A DNA stretch of 43,769 nucleotides, the filler included, from Jimgerdemannia flammicorona (lineage: Eukaryota), in NCBI GenBank assembly GCA_003990765.1. It is 2 parts of 2 records of this genome, joined end to end, with 100 filler letters (N's around TTAATTAATTAA, not from the genome) between each part and the next. Parts side by side here need not be neighbours in the genome. Positions count along the whole stretch, not along the records: positions 1 to 21,839 come from RBNJ01001382.1; 1 more part is not named here. The stretch is one strand, 5' to 3'. The notes beneath the pieces are model-generated. The model saw only the letters and a program-made list of their open reading frames with translations. It did no database searches and had not been told where the DNA came from. Numbering within the stretch: position 1 is the first letter of the stretch; every line of letters starts with the position of its first letter. The position numbers and the translations under genes were made by a program. Below are positions 1 to 9,524 of this stretch, piece by piece.

Positions 1-2
1 AG

Positions 3-170
3 GTTGGCGTGGAGGAGGTCGGCCCAGAGGAGGATATGGAGGAGGAGGATATAGAGGAAAGCGGTTCGGAATATATGGAGGAAGATGGTTTGGAATATGA
101 GAAGGAGGAGGATCAGTTGGTTTATAGTGATGAAGAGGAGGATCAGTTGGTTTATAGTGATGAAGAGTAA
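3..170 (+). CDS. 3' end of an ORF with a very acidic tail (probably the gene of the DNA transposon ending at 697); truncated by the window edge
   Basis: Frame 3 reads VGVEEVGPEEDMEEEDIEESGSEYMEEDGLEYEKEEDQLVYSDEEEDQLVYSDEE* with a 30-bp duplication; TAA at 168-170; followed by a subterminal repeat array. Confidence 0.45.
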   Translation, partial: VGVEEVGPEEDMEEEDIEESGSEYMEEDGLEYEKEEDQLVYSDEEEDQLVYSDEE

Positions 171-329
171 GATCTGTTCACACCGGTAAGTTCTTTATTT
201 TCCTGATTTACTTCCTATTTATTTCCGATTTTATTTTGATTTCTGATTCCTAATTATGTTTCTGTTTGTTTATTCTAAATATATATCTTAGATGTGTAAT
301 ATATTTTTTTTGGTGCCTTGTAGCTTAAA

Positions 330-697
330 GGCGGATTAAAGACAGGTCTGTGTCGGGTTAAATACGGGTCAGGGTCGGGTCATGTATATTTCTCAGATCG
401 GGTCACATATATTTCTCGGGTCGGGTCACATATATTTCTCGGGTTGGGTTAAAGACAGGTTATATATAATTCCGGGTCAGGTTAAAGATGGGTGACGTAC
501 GTTTCCAGGTCGGGTTAAAGATGTGTGACGTAAAATTCCGGGTCGGGTTAAAGATGGGTGACGTATTATTCCGGGTCAGGTTAAAGACAGGTGACGTATT
601 ATTCCAGGTCAGGTTAAAGACAGGTGATATCTAATTCCGGGTTGGCTGTTTTATGGGTCGGGTTTCGGGTTAATCAGGTTGGGTTTGCGGAGCACTA
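330..697. mobile_element. Right end of a hAT-like DNA transposon (subterminal repeats plus putative TIR) inserted into gypsy element A
   Basis: Dense GGGTCGGGT/CGGGTT repeats end at ...GGTTTGCGGAGCACTA (reverse complement TAGTGCTCCGCAAACC; a TAG start is typical of hAT TIRs). Gypsy protease sequence begins abruptly at 698. CpG is retained. Confidence 0.6.
440..637 (+). repeat. Six 33-bp tandem repeats (consensus CGGGTCAGGTTAAAGAYRGGTGACGTATTATTC), preceded by about three 23-bp repeats
   Basis: Units start at 440, 473, 506, 539, 572 and 605; four contain TGACGT. Confidence 0.9.
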
Positions 698-900
698 TAC
701 ATGAGCTATCCCCCTTGGCAAAATCTGAGAAGTCTCCATAAGATAGGAGGAGCTACTATCCTAGTAGATGTGATTGTTACAAGCACCACCAACTATGATA
801 TTCTCATTAGCAACCAATGGCTTCACAAGGCCAAGACCATCATTGACCTCAATACCCAGAAGATGCAGATCAACTATAGAGGAAGAAAGATATGAGTCTC
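698..900 (+). pseudogene. Aspartic protease, C-terminal half (element A)
   Basis: ATILVDVIVTSTTNYDILISNQWL; near-identical to element B protease ATISVDVIVTNATNYDILISNQWL. Confidence 0.85.
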
Positions 901-1259
901 TATCAATGTCTACAAAGGAGTTCTACCAGACATGGAGGAAGGAGATGAAGAGGACATAGAGGTCTTCATGTACTCAGTGAATAAGAACAAGAACAAGAAC
1001 AAGACACCCAAGCTCACAGATGAGCAGTGGTATAATAAGATTATTGATGGCTATACCCCTCAAGAAAGATGCCCCCATGGTACTAGAATGTACTGCTCTG
1101 AATACCTAAATGACTGCTGGTCCCATATCAGTGAAGTCAGGAAAATCCACTATCAGAAATATGAGCAAGGAGCCACCAAAGCAAAAAAAGAAAGCCAAAG
1201 AAGATGACCAGCCCCCAGAGCTTCAAGCTGACAGTGATGATGAGGAGGAACAAGAACTA

Positions 1260-1680
1260 AATATTACCCTCAAGGTCAAGAAGTTTTACCCTGAAGCCAA
1301 GATCCTAGAATACAAAACTGAAGGAGCCATAGGAATAGACCTTGCTAGCATTCAAGATACTACCCTTAAACCACAGACCACCACCCTACTTGGCACTGGA
1401 ATTAGAGTCAAGTTACCAGAAAACTATGCTGGAATTATCAAGACCAGGAGCAGTCTGGCCAAAAGCAAAATCTCAGTTGAAGGAGGAGTAATTGACTCTG
1501 ATTACACTGGTGAGATCTTCCTCATAGTCAGGAATTACAACCCTACCACCCTATTCAAAGTCAAGAAGTATGACAGGATTGGCCAGATGCTGATCTACGA
1601 AATCAAGAAACCTAAGATCACTGAAGCCATTGAACTCATCAAGACCAAGAGAGGAGAATAAGACTTTGGATCTACTGGAA
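1260..1680 (+). pseudogene. dut: Trimeric-type dUTPase domain (element A)
   Basis: Motifs GIDL, TRSSLA, GGVIDSDYTGEI, DRIGQML and a decayed KRG..FGSTG. Confidence 0.95.
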
Positions 1681-1849
1681 GAGGAGCCTATGCTGCCATC
1701 AAGATTACTGAACTTAAGCACAAGAAAGACAAGGACTAGAACAAGCATACATATACTATCAGAGAAAACTTTCCCCTGGAAGAACAACCTCTCAAGATCC
1801 TATACCAAAACAAAGGAGTACTTGCTATAGACTTCAAGGATATCTATAA

Positions 1850-2760
1850 TCAAGAACCCAAGTACTACCACAAAGTTGACACTGGTGATACTAAGCCCAT
1901 CTACCAGAAATCCAGACCCATACCACCTATCTACAGAGAATGGCTGCAAGCAGAACTCAAGGAAATGGAAGAAGCCAGAATCATCAAGCAAGCTATCAGT
2001 TCCTGGGCTTCACCCATTGTCCTTGCCCCAAAGAAAGGAAGCAAGTCTGGAGAGTTTACACCAAGACTCTGCATTGACTACAGGAAGCTCAATGCCATCA
2101 CCAAGAAGGATAGGCAGTCCTTGCCAAATATTCAAGAAATCCTTACCACCCTTAGATGCAAAACCAAATACTACACCACCCTAGATCTGTTCTTGGGCTT
2201 CCATCAGTTTGGTCTCACTCAAGATACCAGTGAGAAATCAGCCTTCATCATACCTGATGCCACCTATATCTACCTATGAATGCTATTTGAAATGTACAAT
2301 GTCCCAGCAAGTTTTTAGCAAATGATGAATAGAGTTTTCAGCAATGAGATTAGAAAATAGCTCTTTATCTATGTTGATAATGTGATCATCTTCAGCAACA
2401 CTGTACAGGAATATGTCAATCATATATAACTAGCCCTCAAGAAGCTCAAGGAGCATGGCCTTTATATCAAGCCCAAGAAATGCAAGTTTGCAGCTCAAGA
2501 AATCACCTATCTAGGACACCTTATCAACCAGATTGGAATCCATACAGACTCTATGAAGATTGAGGCTGTTGTAGCCTACCTAAGACCCAGAACAACTACA
2601 GAAGTCCATGCCTTCCTTGGACTGACCAGCTACTACAGAAGATTCATCAAAGGATACTCCAACATTACAGCACCTATCCATGAGCTACTGAAGAAGAAAA
2701 CCAAATTTGAATGGACCAAGAAACCTTCAATGAACTCAAGATTATATTGACTCAAGTACC
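1850..2760 (+). pseudogene. Gypsy reverse transcriptase (element A)
   Basis: SSWASPIVLAPKK, RLCIDYRKLN, LDLFLGFHQ, YVDNVII (decayed YVDD), FLGLTSYYRRFI; several stops. Confidence 0.95.
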
Positions 2761-3360
2761 TATTCTCAGAAGACCAGATTGGAACCTAGAATTCATCCTG
2801 CAGACAGATGCAAGTGCTATCTCTTCATTAGTATTGAAATGCAGCCAAATTTGGCTACTGCTACTGCAAAAAAAAATTTAAAAAATTTTTTAACTTAATA
2901 TTTGATATAATTTTTTTTTTTTTTTTTTTTTTTAGTAAAATAATTTTTTATGATTTCTTTTTATTTTTATAAAATTTTAAATACAGTTGTTTTTTGCAGC
3001 TAAATTTGGCTGCAATACCACCTAAGAGATAGAACTTGGAGCAGTCCTAGCTCAGAAGAAAGATGGATATGCATATATCATCTCCTATACAAGCCAAGGT
3101 ACCCATGAAGTAGAACAGAACTATGAGTTATGCAAGTTTGAATGCTTAGCAGTAGTTTGGGCAGTAGACAAGTTCCACTACTATCTAGCTGGGAAATACT
3201 TCACTATTCAAACAGATCATTCTGCTCTTGTCTGGCTATTCTACACTCTAAACTTCAAAGGAATATATGTCAGATGGATCTACAGACTGCAAGAGTATGA
3301 CTATACTATCAAGCACCACTCAGGAAGAACCAATACCAATGCTGATGCACTCTCAAGGAA
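2761..3360 (+). pseudogene. RNase H (element A), split by a MITE
   Basis: QTDASAI/[insert]/ELGAVLAQ, ECLAVVWAV, QTDHSAL, NADALSR. Confidence 0.9.
2821..3028. mobile_element. 208-bp MITE with ~35-bp imperfect TIRs and an AT target duplication
   Basis: AT|CTCTT..GTATTG..GCAGCCAAATTTGGCT ... AGCTAAATTTGGCTGCAATAC..AAGAG|AT. Removing the insert plus one AT restores in-frame DASAIELGAV. Confidence 0.85.
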
Positions 3361-3399
3361 ACCCCCAAATACCTCCATCAAGACTATTCAACATAAATT

Positions 3400-4599
3400 A
3401 AGGAGCTATACTATGGATTAATCAGCTATCTTAGGCAGTAGAAGATGCCCAACCATCTCAAACCCTGGACAATCACCATCATCAACCAGACTTGGAAACA
3501 GTTTAAACTAGATAACAGTATACTCAGAAAAGGAGGAAAGCTAGTAATACCAGAATACAAGAAATATCAAGTAATGAAGGAAGTATACAAGCAAGGACAC
3601 CTAGGAGGAACCAACATATATGACAAGACAAAAAGAACTATATGGTGGCCCAAGATAGAAGAAGATCTGCACCAATTTGTCAAAGGGTGTGACAAGTGTC
3701 AAAAACAGAAATAAGATCAGCAAGACCAGGCATTTGAGTCATCAAGAATTGAGCCTATCTCCTTCCACTACAACACAATGGATATCATTGGGCCACTACT
3801 AGTAACACTATTAGGAAACCACTATATCATAGTTATTGTAGACCTCTTTACCAAATAGATAGAAGTAGGAGTATTAAAAGAAGCCAATGCCCTCTCTATA
3901 GCTGACTTCCTGTACTGAGAAATCATCTGCCACTACAAGACACTGAAGCAAATTACAACAGACCATGGCATAGAATTTATCAATAGATTCCATGAGATAA
4001 TGTATCAGAAATACAAGATCTAGCATATCAAGACCACCACATACCACCCTCAAGAAAATAGACAGACAGAGAGAATCAACAAGACCCTCAAGAACATTCT
4101 GGCAAAGATCTCAGAGATATATGAGAATTGGGATAATTATCTCCTAATTACCCTCTCTGTCCTATGAGACATATAGTCACAGAGCACACACTTTACCCTA
4201 AGGAAACTGCTCTTTGGAGAAGAAGATTCTGATAGAACCTCAGCCACAAATCTAGACCTAACTTGGAGATGAGTTGATACAGAAATCCAGAGACTATACC
4301 AAATCACAAAGAAGGCTGAGGATTACATCATCAAGTCACAAGTGCTGATAAGGAAGAATGTAGAAAAGAATCACAAGATCCTAGAACCCATCCAAATCAG
4401 AGAAAAGGTCCCACTGTATCAAAATATGGTAGAAGCCTCATGGTTGCAAAAACTGGAGCCCAAATGGAAAGGACCCTTCTACATACAAGATATCAAGAGA
4501 ACTACCTTCTGGCTTAGAAAAATCTCAGAGACCATACTGCTTACTATGGTACATAGGAACAGACTCAAGAAGTACCACAAACCTATACAAGAGAAGTAA
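3400..4599 (+). pseudogene. Integrase with zinc finger, DDE core and GPY/F domain; no chromodomain (element A)
   Basis: GHLGG..WWPKI..CDKCQ, MDIIGPL, TDHGIEF, YHPQ..ER.NKTLK, KLEPKWKGPF, VHRNRLKKY. Confidence 0.93.
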
Positions 4600-4944
4600 A
4601 ACATAATGACTGCCTGCAAGGTTCTAGTCCATGAATCATAACAGCATGTCCTATGACCAGTAGGCTATCTATCTGGACCATTCTCTAAGGGATATGGCAC
4701 CAGCAACTACTCATCCATGAGACTTTCAAAGCCAGAGGAGTTCAAACCATCAACTGATTAATCAAGATCAGAATTAGGCCCTTGCTCTATATGAAGGGAG
4801 CGACCCTTCACTATCATGCCAAAATACAAAGAGAAGATGCCAGCTCATAAGCACCACTTTTCAACCCCTTGCCAGAGGTTATGGGATCAGCAAATTTTTC
4901 AGAACTGGACTAATGAATAAGGATGCTTGAAAAGATCCTTATTC

Positions 4945-4954
4945 AGAAGGAAGA
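4945..4954 (+). promoter_or_regulatory. Polypurine tract of element A
   Basis: ATTCAGAAGGAAGA|TATAATA matches element B ATTCAGGAGGAAGA|TGTGACA. Confidence 0.8.
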
Positions 4955-5109
4955 TATAATAATGACTCCAGAATGATGACATCAGCACAGAAGACAGCCT
5001 TTTCTTACAAGCCACCAGATCAGAGTACAAGAAGATCATATGGCATATGAGATGAGCAATGATGACCAACTGTGAGTTATTGTGACCACAGTATGGGTAT
5101 CTTGAGGAA

Positions 5110-5117
5110 TATAAAAG
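5110..5117 (+). promoter_or_regulatory. Putative TATA box 1, upstream of the LTR-encoded ORF
   Basis: TATAAAAG 87 bp before ATG 5197; conserved in the solo LTR (8420-8427, minus). Confidence 0.6.
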
Positions 5118-5196
5118 AAGGATCAAGAAACCATAGTAGCAGCAACCAACAAGACCCACCAATCCCAAAATAGCTCAAAAACTTACCACAAACAAA

Positions 5197-6030
5197 ATGC
5201 CTGCTGCTCACCAAACCTCAAGGTCAAGGAATCACCAAGGTATCTCAGTCAAAGAGAGAATGTTCCAAGACATCAGAAGAGCTATGAGGATCTGCTCAAG
5301 AAGGACTCCTAGTATCAACCTGGGTACTAGTGACTCTTATCATTATATTCTCTACTGCTGTGAAATGGAACCAAGGATTATTATTGCTACCAAATATCTC
5401 CAAATGTAGCAGGAGTATGAAATAGGAAACCTTCTCTGCCGGGAGTTCCCACAGGCCAGCACTCAAGAGCTACAAGATACTACTCCCATAGATATATGCA
5501 AAACAAGGATAGCTAAGAAGATCTATCAGATCTTCAGGCATGCACTATAGTCAATTCCCAACTTAGAGTATGTTAGAGTCTCAGATTTCAGAGATCTGTC
5601 ATCCTACCATATTAATGTACTAGAAGCCAGAGTGGCCACAGAAGTCCAGTCCACTATCACCCTCAATAGTGATAAAGTAGAAGACTTCTGGTATTCCATT
5701 CTTCAGGACAACCCAGATCAATCCCTGTAAGAATTGATCTCAGTATTCCAAGATCCAAGCATCCAGGTTAGACCTCTCCAAGATCCCACATTTGTTCTCT
5801 ATTTTGTGAAAGAGAATCTCATAGACTGGAGAGCTCCAGATCTCCTTGTTCCTGCCACTGCTGCTGCTGAACATGATGACATCATTGGTGATGATGTTAT
5901 TTCATATAACATTGAAGTATGTGAAACATGCAACCTATGCGATAATAATGAATTTGCAGACCTCATCTCCTTTAAAGACATCCTGACCTCTGATAATGAA
6001 GCCCTTATGGTCTTAAACATTCTGCTCTAA
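5197..6030 (+). pseudogene. LTR-encoded accessory protein of unknown function (~277 codons, three in-frame stops)
   Basis: Single frame from MPAAHQ to LNILL*; includes YEIGNLLC...RIAKKIYQIFRH...VRVSDFRDLS. Stops are TAG/TAA, explicable by C>T or G>A. ATG and stop are conserved in the solo LTR. Confidence 0.8.
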
Positions 6031-6254
6031 GTCCCTTGGTTATATTAAATAATACCAGCATCAGTATTTTGATATAATACTGAATAATGCCAGCATCAGC
6101 ATTTTGATGTAATACTAAATTATACCAGTATCCTGAATCTGTACAACTATCAGTACCAACCCTAGAACTTAGTAGTTTTTCCTGTCCTGGCATTTTATTT
6201 TAGTTATTGGAATTTATATTTAGCTTTATATCTTACAACCATTGAATTATATTT

Positions 6255-6289
6255 TATATAAATACTCCTCTTATTTCCTCTGAAATAAA
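6255..6289 (+). promoter_or_regulatory. Putative TATA box 2 (TATATAAATA 6255-6264) and poly(A) signal (AATAAA 6284-6289) of LTR A
   Basis: The same TATA, ~20 bp, AATAAA arrangement occurs in the solo LTR (7256-7263 and 7231-7236) and the element B LTR (22901-22910 and 22877-22882). Confidence 0.65.
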
Positions 6290-6497
6290 GTCAATTCTTT
6301 TCAGTGTAATATACACACTTCTTTGCAAGCAATCTAAGAGATAACAAGATAGTTTAAAGATAAGAAGTTTGAGGACTATAAGATCTTGGAAAGGTACTCA
6401 AATAAGAACTTACTTATAACAAACTTGAGTTAGTCTAAGAGATACACCTTGAAGAGAATCTGGTATATTTGAAGAACTCAGCAACTACTACATGATA

Positions 6498-6969
6498 ATA
6501 AGAATAACAGGAGAATAAATAGATACTATACAGAACAGACTGATATTAAGTGACTAGAAGTATTTAGTATTCTTTAATAAAACAAAAATTAATTATTTTA
6601 GATTCTATATATAATATATATCTTTTTCTATTATTTTCAAATTTTAGTCAATCAATATTATATAATTTGTATTAAATGATATTTTATATCTTTGATTCAA
6701 TTTTATAGTATCTTAGATATTTAAGATAATAACAATATACTGTTTGAGTATTTGTAGTCAGTTTAAAGTAGTTTTGTGGTATTTTCAATATAGAAAAAGT
6801 CATGTAACATCAATTGACTACAAAATTCAAAGATGATAGAAAAAGGTAGATATCATATATAAAATTCAAAATAATTAATTTTTGTTTTATTAGAGGATAT
6901 ATTATACTTCTAGTTACCTAATATTAGTCTGTTCTGTACAGAATCTATTTATTCTTCTGTTATTCTTAT
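6498..6969. mobile_element. Foldback/MITE-like element with ~165-bp terminal inverted repeats
   Basis: ATAAGAATAACAGGAGAATAAATAGAT...GTCAATCAATATTA (6498-~6665) is the reverse complement of ~6800-6969; non-coding AT-rich loop. Confidence 0.75.
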
Positions 6970-7021
6970 ATATATTTAATACTATAATAATTTATATAAT
7001 TTCAAACTATAACTCATCTAT

Positions 7022-8596
7022 TGTTATATAGTGGATACTGAGTTCTTCAAATATATCAGATTCTCTTCAAGATGTATCTCTTAGACTAACTACAAGTTTG
7101 TTATAAGCAAGTTCTTATTAGAGTGCCTTCTCAAGATCTTATAGTTCTCAAACTTCTTATCTTTAAACTGTCTTATTATCTCTTAGATTACTTGTATGGA
7201 ATTAAGTATAAGTAAACTGAGAGAACTGACTTTATTTTAAAGAAAATGAGAGATATATTTATACAAAATATAATTCAATAGTTGCTAATATATAAAGCTA
7301 AATATAAATTCTAATAACAAAATAAAATACTGGAATATAGAAACTTCAGTTATAAGTATAAATTCAAGTATCTATATAAATGGTCATACAAGTTCAGAAT
7401 ATCAGTAGATTTTAGTGATATAAGAAAAGAATGCTAGAAGATTTAGATATTTAGATAAATAGTTATACAAAGAACTTAGAGCAGAATATTCAGAACTCTA
7501 GGAGCTTTATCTTCATTACTATCATCAAGGTTAGAGGTTGGGAACAGGATGTCTTTGAAGGAAATGAGGTCAGTAAATATTTCATTCATCTCACATATGT
7601 CACATATTTTGCATACTTTACATATATTACTAATTAGTGAGATGACATCATCACTGGTGATATCATTATGTTCAGTAATGGCAGAGAAGAGAGCAAGGAG
7701 ATCTGGGGCTCTCTAATCTATGACATTCTCTTTTATAAAATAAGGAACAAATGTGGGGTCTTGGAGAGATCTAATATGGATACTGGAGCCTTAGAATGCT
7801 AAGATCAATTCTTGTAGAAATTGATCTAGATTGTTCTAGAAGATGGGATTTCAGAACTCTTCTACCTTATCACTATTGAGGATGATGATAGATTGGGCTT
7901 CTGTGGTTACTATGATCTCCAGTATAGTGAGCTGATAGTTTCTTGAAGTCTGAGACTCTAGTATACTCCAAGTTGGGGATTGACTATAGTATATATCTAA
8001 AGATCTGATAAATCTTCTTGGCTGTTCTTATTTCATATATATTTATGAGGGTAGCATCTTGTATCTCTTAAAGACTGGCCGGAGAGAATTCTCAGCAGAG
8101 GAGATTTCTAATTTCATATTTCTACTACATCCAGAGACATTCAGTAGTGATGGTGATCCTTGTTTCCATTTTATAGTGATAGAGAATAAAGTAATAAGGA
8201 TCACCAGTACTCAGATTAAGACTAGGAGTCCTTCTGATATGAGTCTTCATGACTCTTCTAATGTCTTGGAATATTTTTTCTTAGACTAAGGGGTCTTGGT
8301 GGTTCCTGAACCTTGAGATTTGGTGGGCAGCAGGCATTTTATTTATAGTGAGTCTTTGAACTATTTTAGAGTTTTGTGAGTCTTGTTTGAGTTACTGCTG
8401 CTGTAGTTCCTTAGTCCTTCTTTTATATTCCTTGAGATATCTATCTTGTAGTTATGATGACTCATAGTTAGTCATTATTACTCATCTTATAGTCTGGATA
8501 AGTCATACTGTATAATTTTCTTGTACTCTGATCTGGTGGCTTATAAGGAAAAGCTGTCTTCTATAATAATATTACCATTCTGAGGTCACCATTATA
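7022..8596 (-). mobile_element. Solo LTR of family A carrying the accessory gene
   Basis: Colinear reverse-complement homologue of 4955-6497; flanked by CTAT (7018-7021) and TTAT (8597-8600), a 4-bp TSD with one C>T. Confidence 0.88.
7476..8337 (-). pseudogene. LTR-encoded accessory protein, second copy
   Basis: MPAAHQISRFRNHQ...YEIRNLLC...RTAKKIYQIFRY...TRVSDFKKLS; multiple stops and at least one frameshift. Confidence 0.8.
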
Positions 8597-8599
8597 TTA

Positions 8600-9383
8600 T
8601 TTAATAAATAAATTATAATTTATTATAAGTAGAAAGTATACTTAAATAGTCTTCTTTAGACAAAATATTATTGTTTTAATATTTAAATTCAGTATATTAA
8701 TAATATATTATATATATTTATATATATTTATAAAGAGTTTTTTTATTATTTTTTTTAAAAGATAAAATAAATAAGATTTTAAAAAATAAATTATATAAGA
8801 TTATAGAGAAATATTAAAAGAATAACTATAATAAGTTTTAAATGTATATTTCAATTTATTATCTATCTATTAAATAAAGAATATTTATAAATAATTTTAT
8901 TCTAAAACTTAACCAATATTTTGTTTTTTTTTTAGAATTTTTTTAAAGATAAAATAAAAATTTAAAAATAATAAATTTAACATTTTTAAATATCTCAAAT
9001 ATAAAACTATAATATATTATAAAATAAAATATATTTATAAAGAGTGTTATTATTTAAATAATTAAAATATAAAATTTAATAAAATATTAATTCAATTTTA
9101 GAATATGTATATTATATATAATATTTCATCTTTTGAGTTATATCATTTAATGTATAAATATATGAGCAATTAATAAAACAATACTGCTCTTTTCTCTCCA
9201 CTCTATATTCCTAACTAAGATATAACATAAGTATTAATATTAAGTTAGAATAGCTTTAATAGTAATGTTTGATATATTAGTAATAATTATAAAGAGTTCT
9301 ATAGGATGAGAGCTGATCAGGATTAGTATATTGATCAATATTTTTTTTTGAGAATATTAATAGCTATAGTATATTTTACTGTC

Positions 9384-9387
<4 letters not shown>
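8600..9387 (-). mobile_element. Heavily decayed gypsy relic, RNase H part (continues at 15342)
   Basis: Minus strand at ~9230-9385 shows decayed W..AF..LK..PIL..P..F..TDAS..AIGAIL.Q; extremely AT-rich. Confidence 0.6.
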
Positions 9388-9465
<78 letters not shown>

Positions 9466-9524
9466 GTCCCTTGGACTCCATCTTTATTAACAGTCTATGA
9501 ATAAGTATACAATATCACCACTCA

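Larger units (their letters stand above)
698..6497 (+). mobile_element. Ty3/gypsy LTR retrotransposon A (5'-truncated, decayed): PR-Cys/His module-dUTPase-RT-RNaseH-IN-PPT-long 3' LTR
   Basis: Domain motifs in gypsy order; PPT AGAAGGAAGA at 4945-4954; LTR limits defined by the solo LTR at 7022-8596. Confidence 0.95.
4955..6497 (+). repeat. Long 3' LTR (~1.54 kb) of element A containing a gene
   Basis: Starts directly after the PPT with a decayed TG terminus (TATAATA) and ends CATGATA (decayed ..GTGACA). Homology with 7022-8596 begins and ends at these points. Confidence 0.85.

Noticed and set aside
440..637. 33-bp repeats as a CRISPR array
   Set aside because: Head-to-tail repeats with no unique spacers and no cas genes, in a eukaryotic transposon context
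1260..1680. Host or viral (retrovirus/caulimovirus) dUTPase gene
   Set aside because: Embedded in gypsy pol with integrase, LTRs and TSD; no env or movement protein
5197..6030. Accessory ORF as an envelope gene
   Set aside because: No signal peptide, furin site or transmembrane anchor is evident, and it lies downstream of the PPT
4955..8596. A single DNA transposon or DIRS-like element with giant inverted repeats
   Set aside because: The arms are LTRs with a PPT on one and its own TSD on the other; no transposase or tyrosine recombinase lies between them
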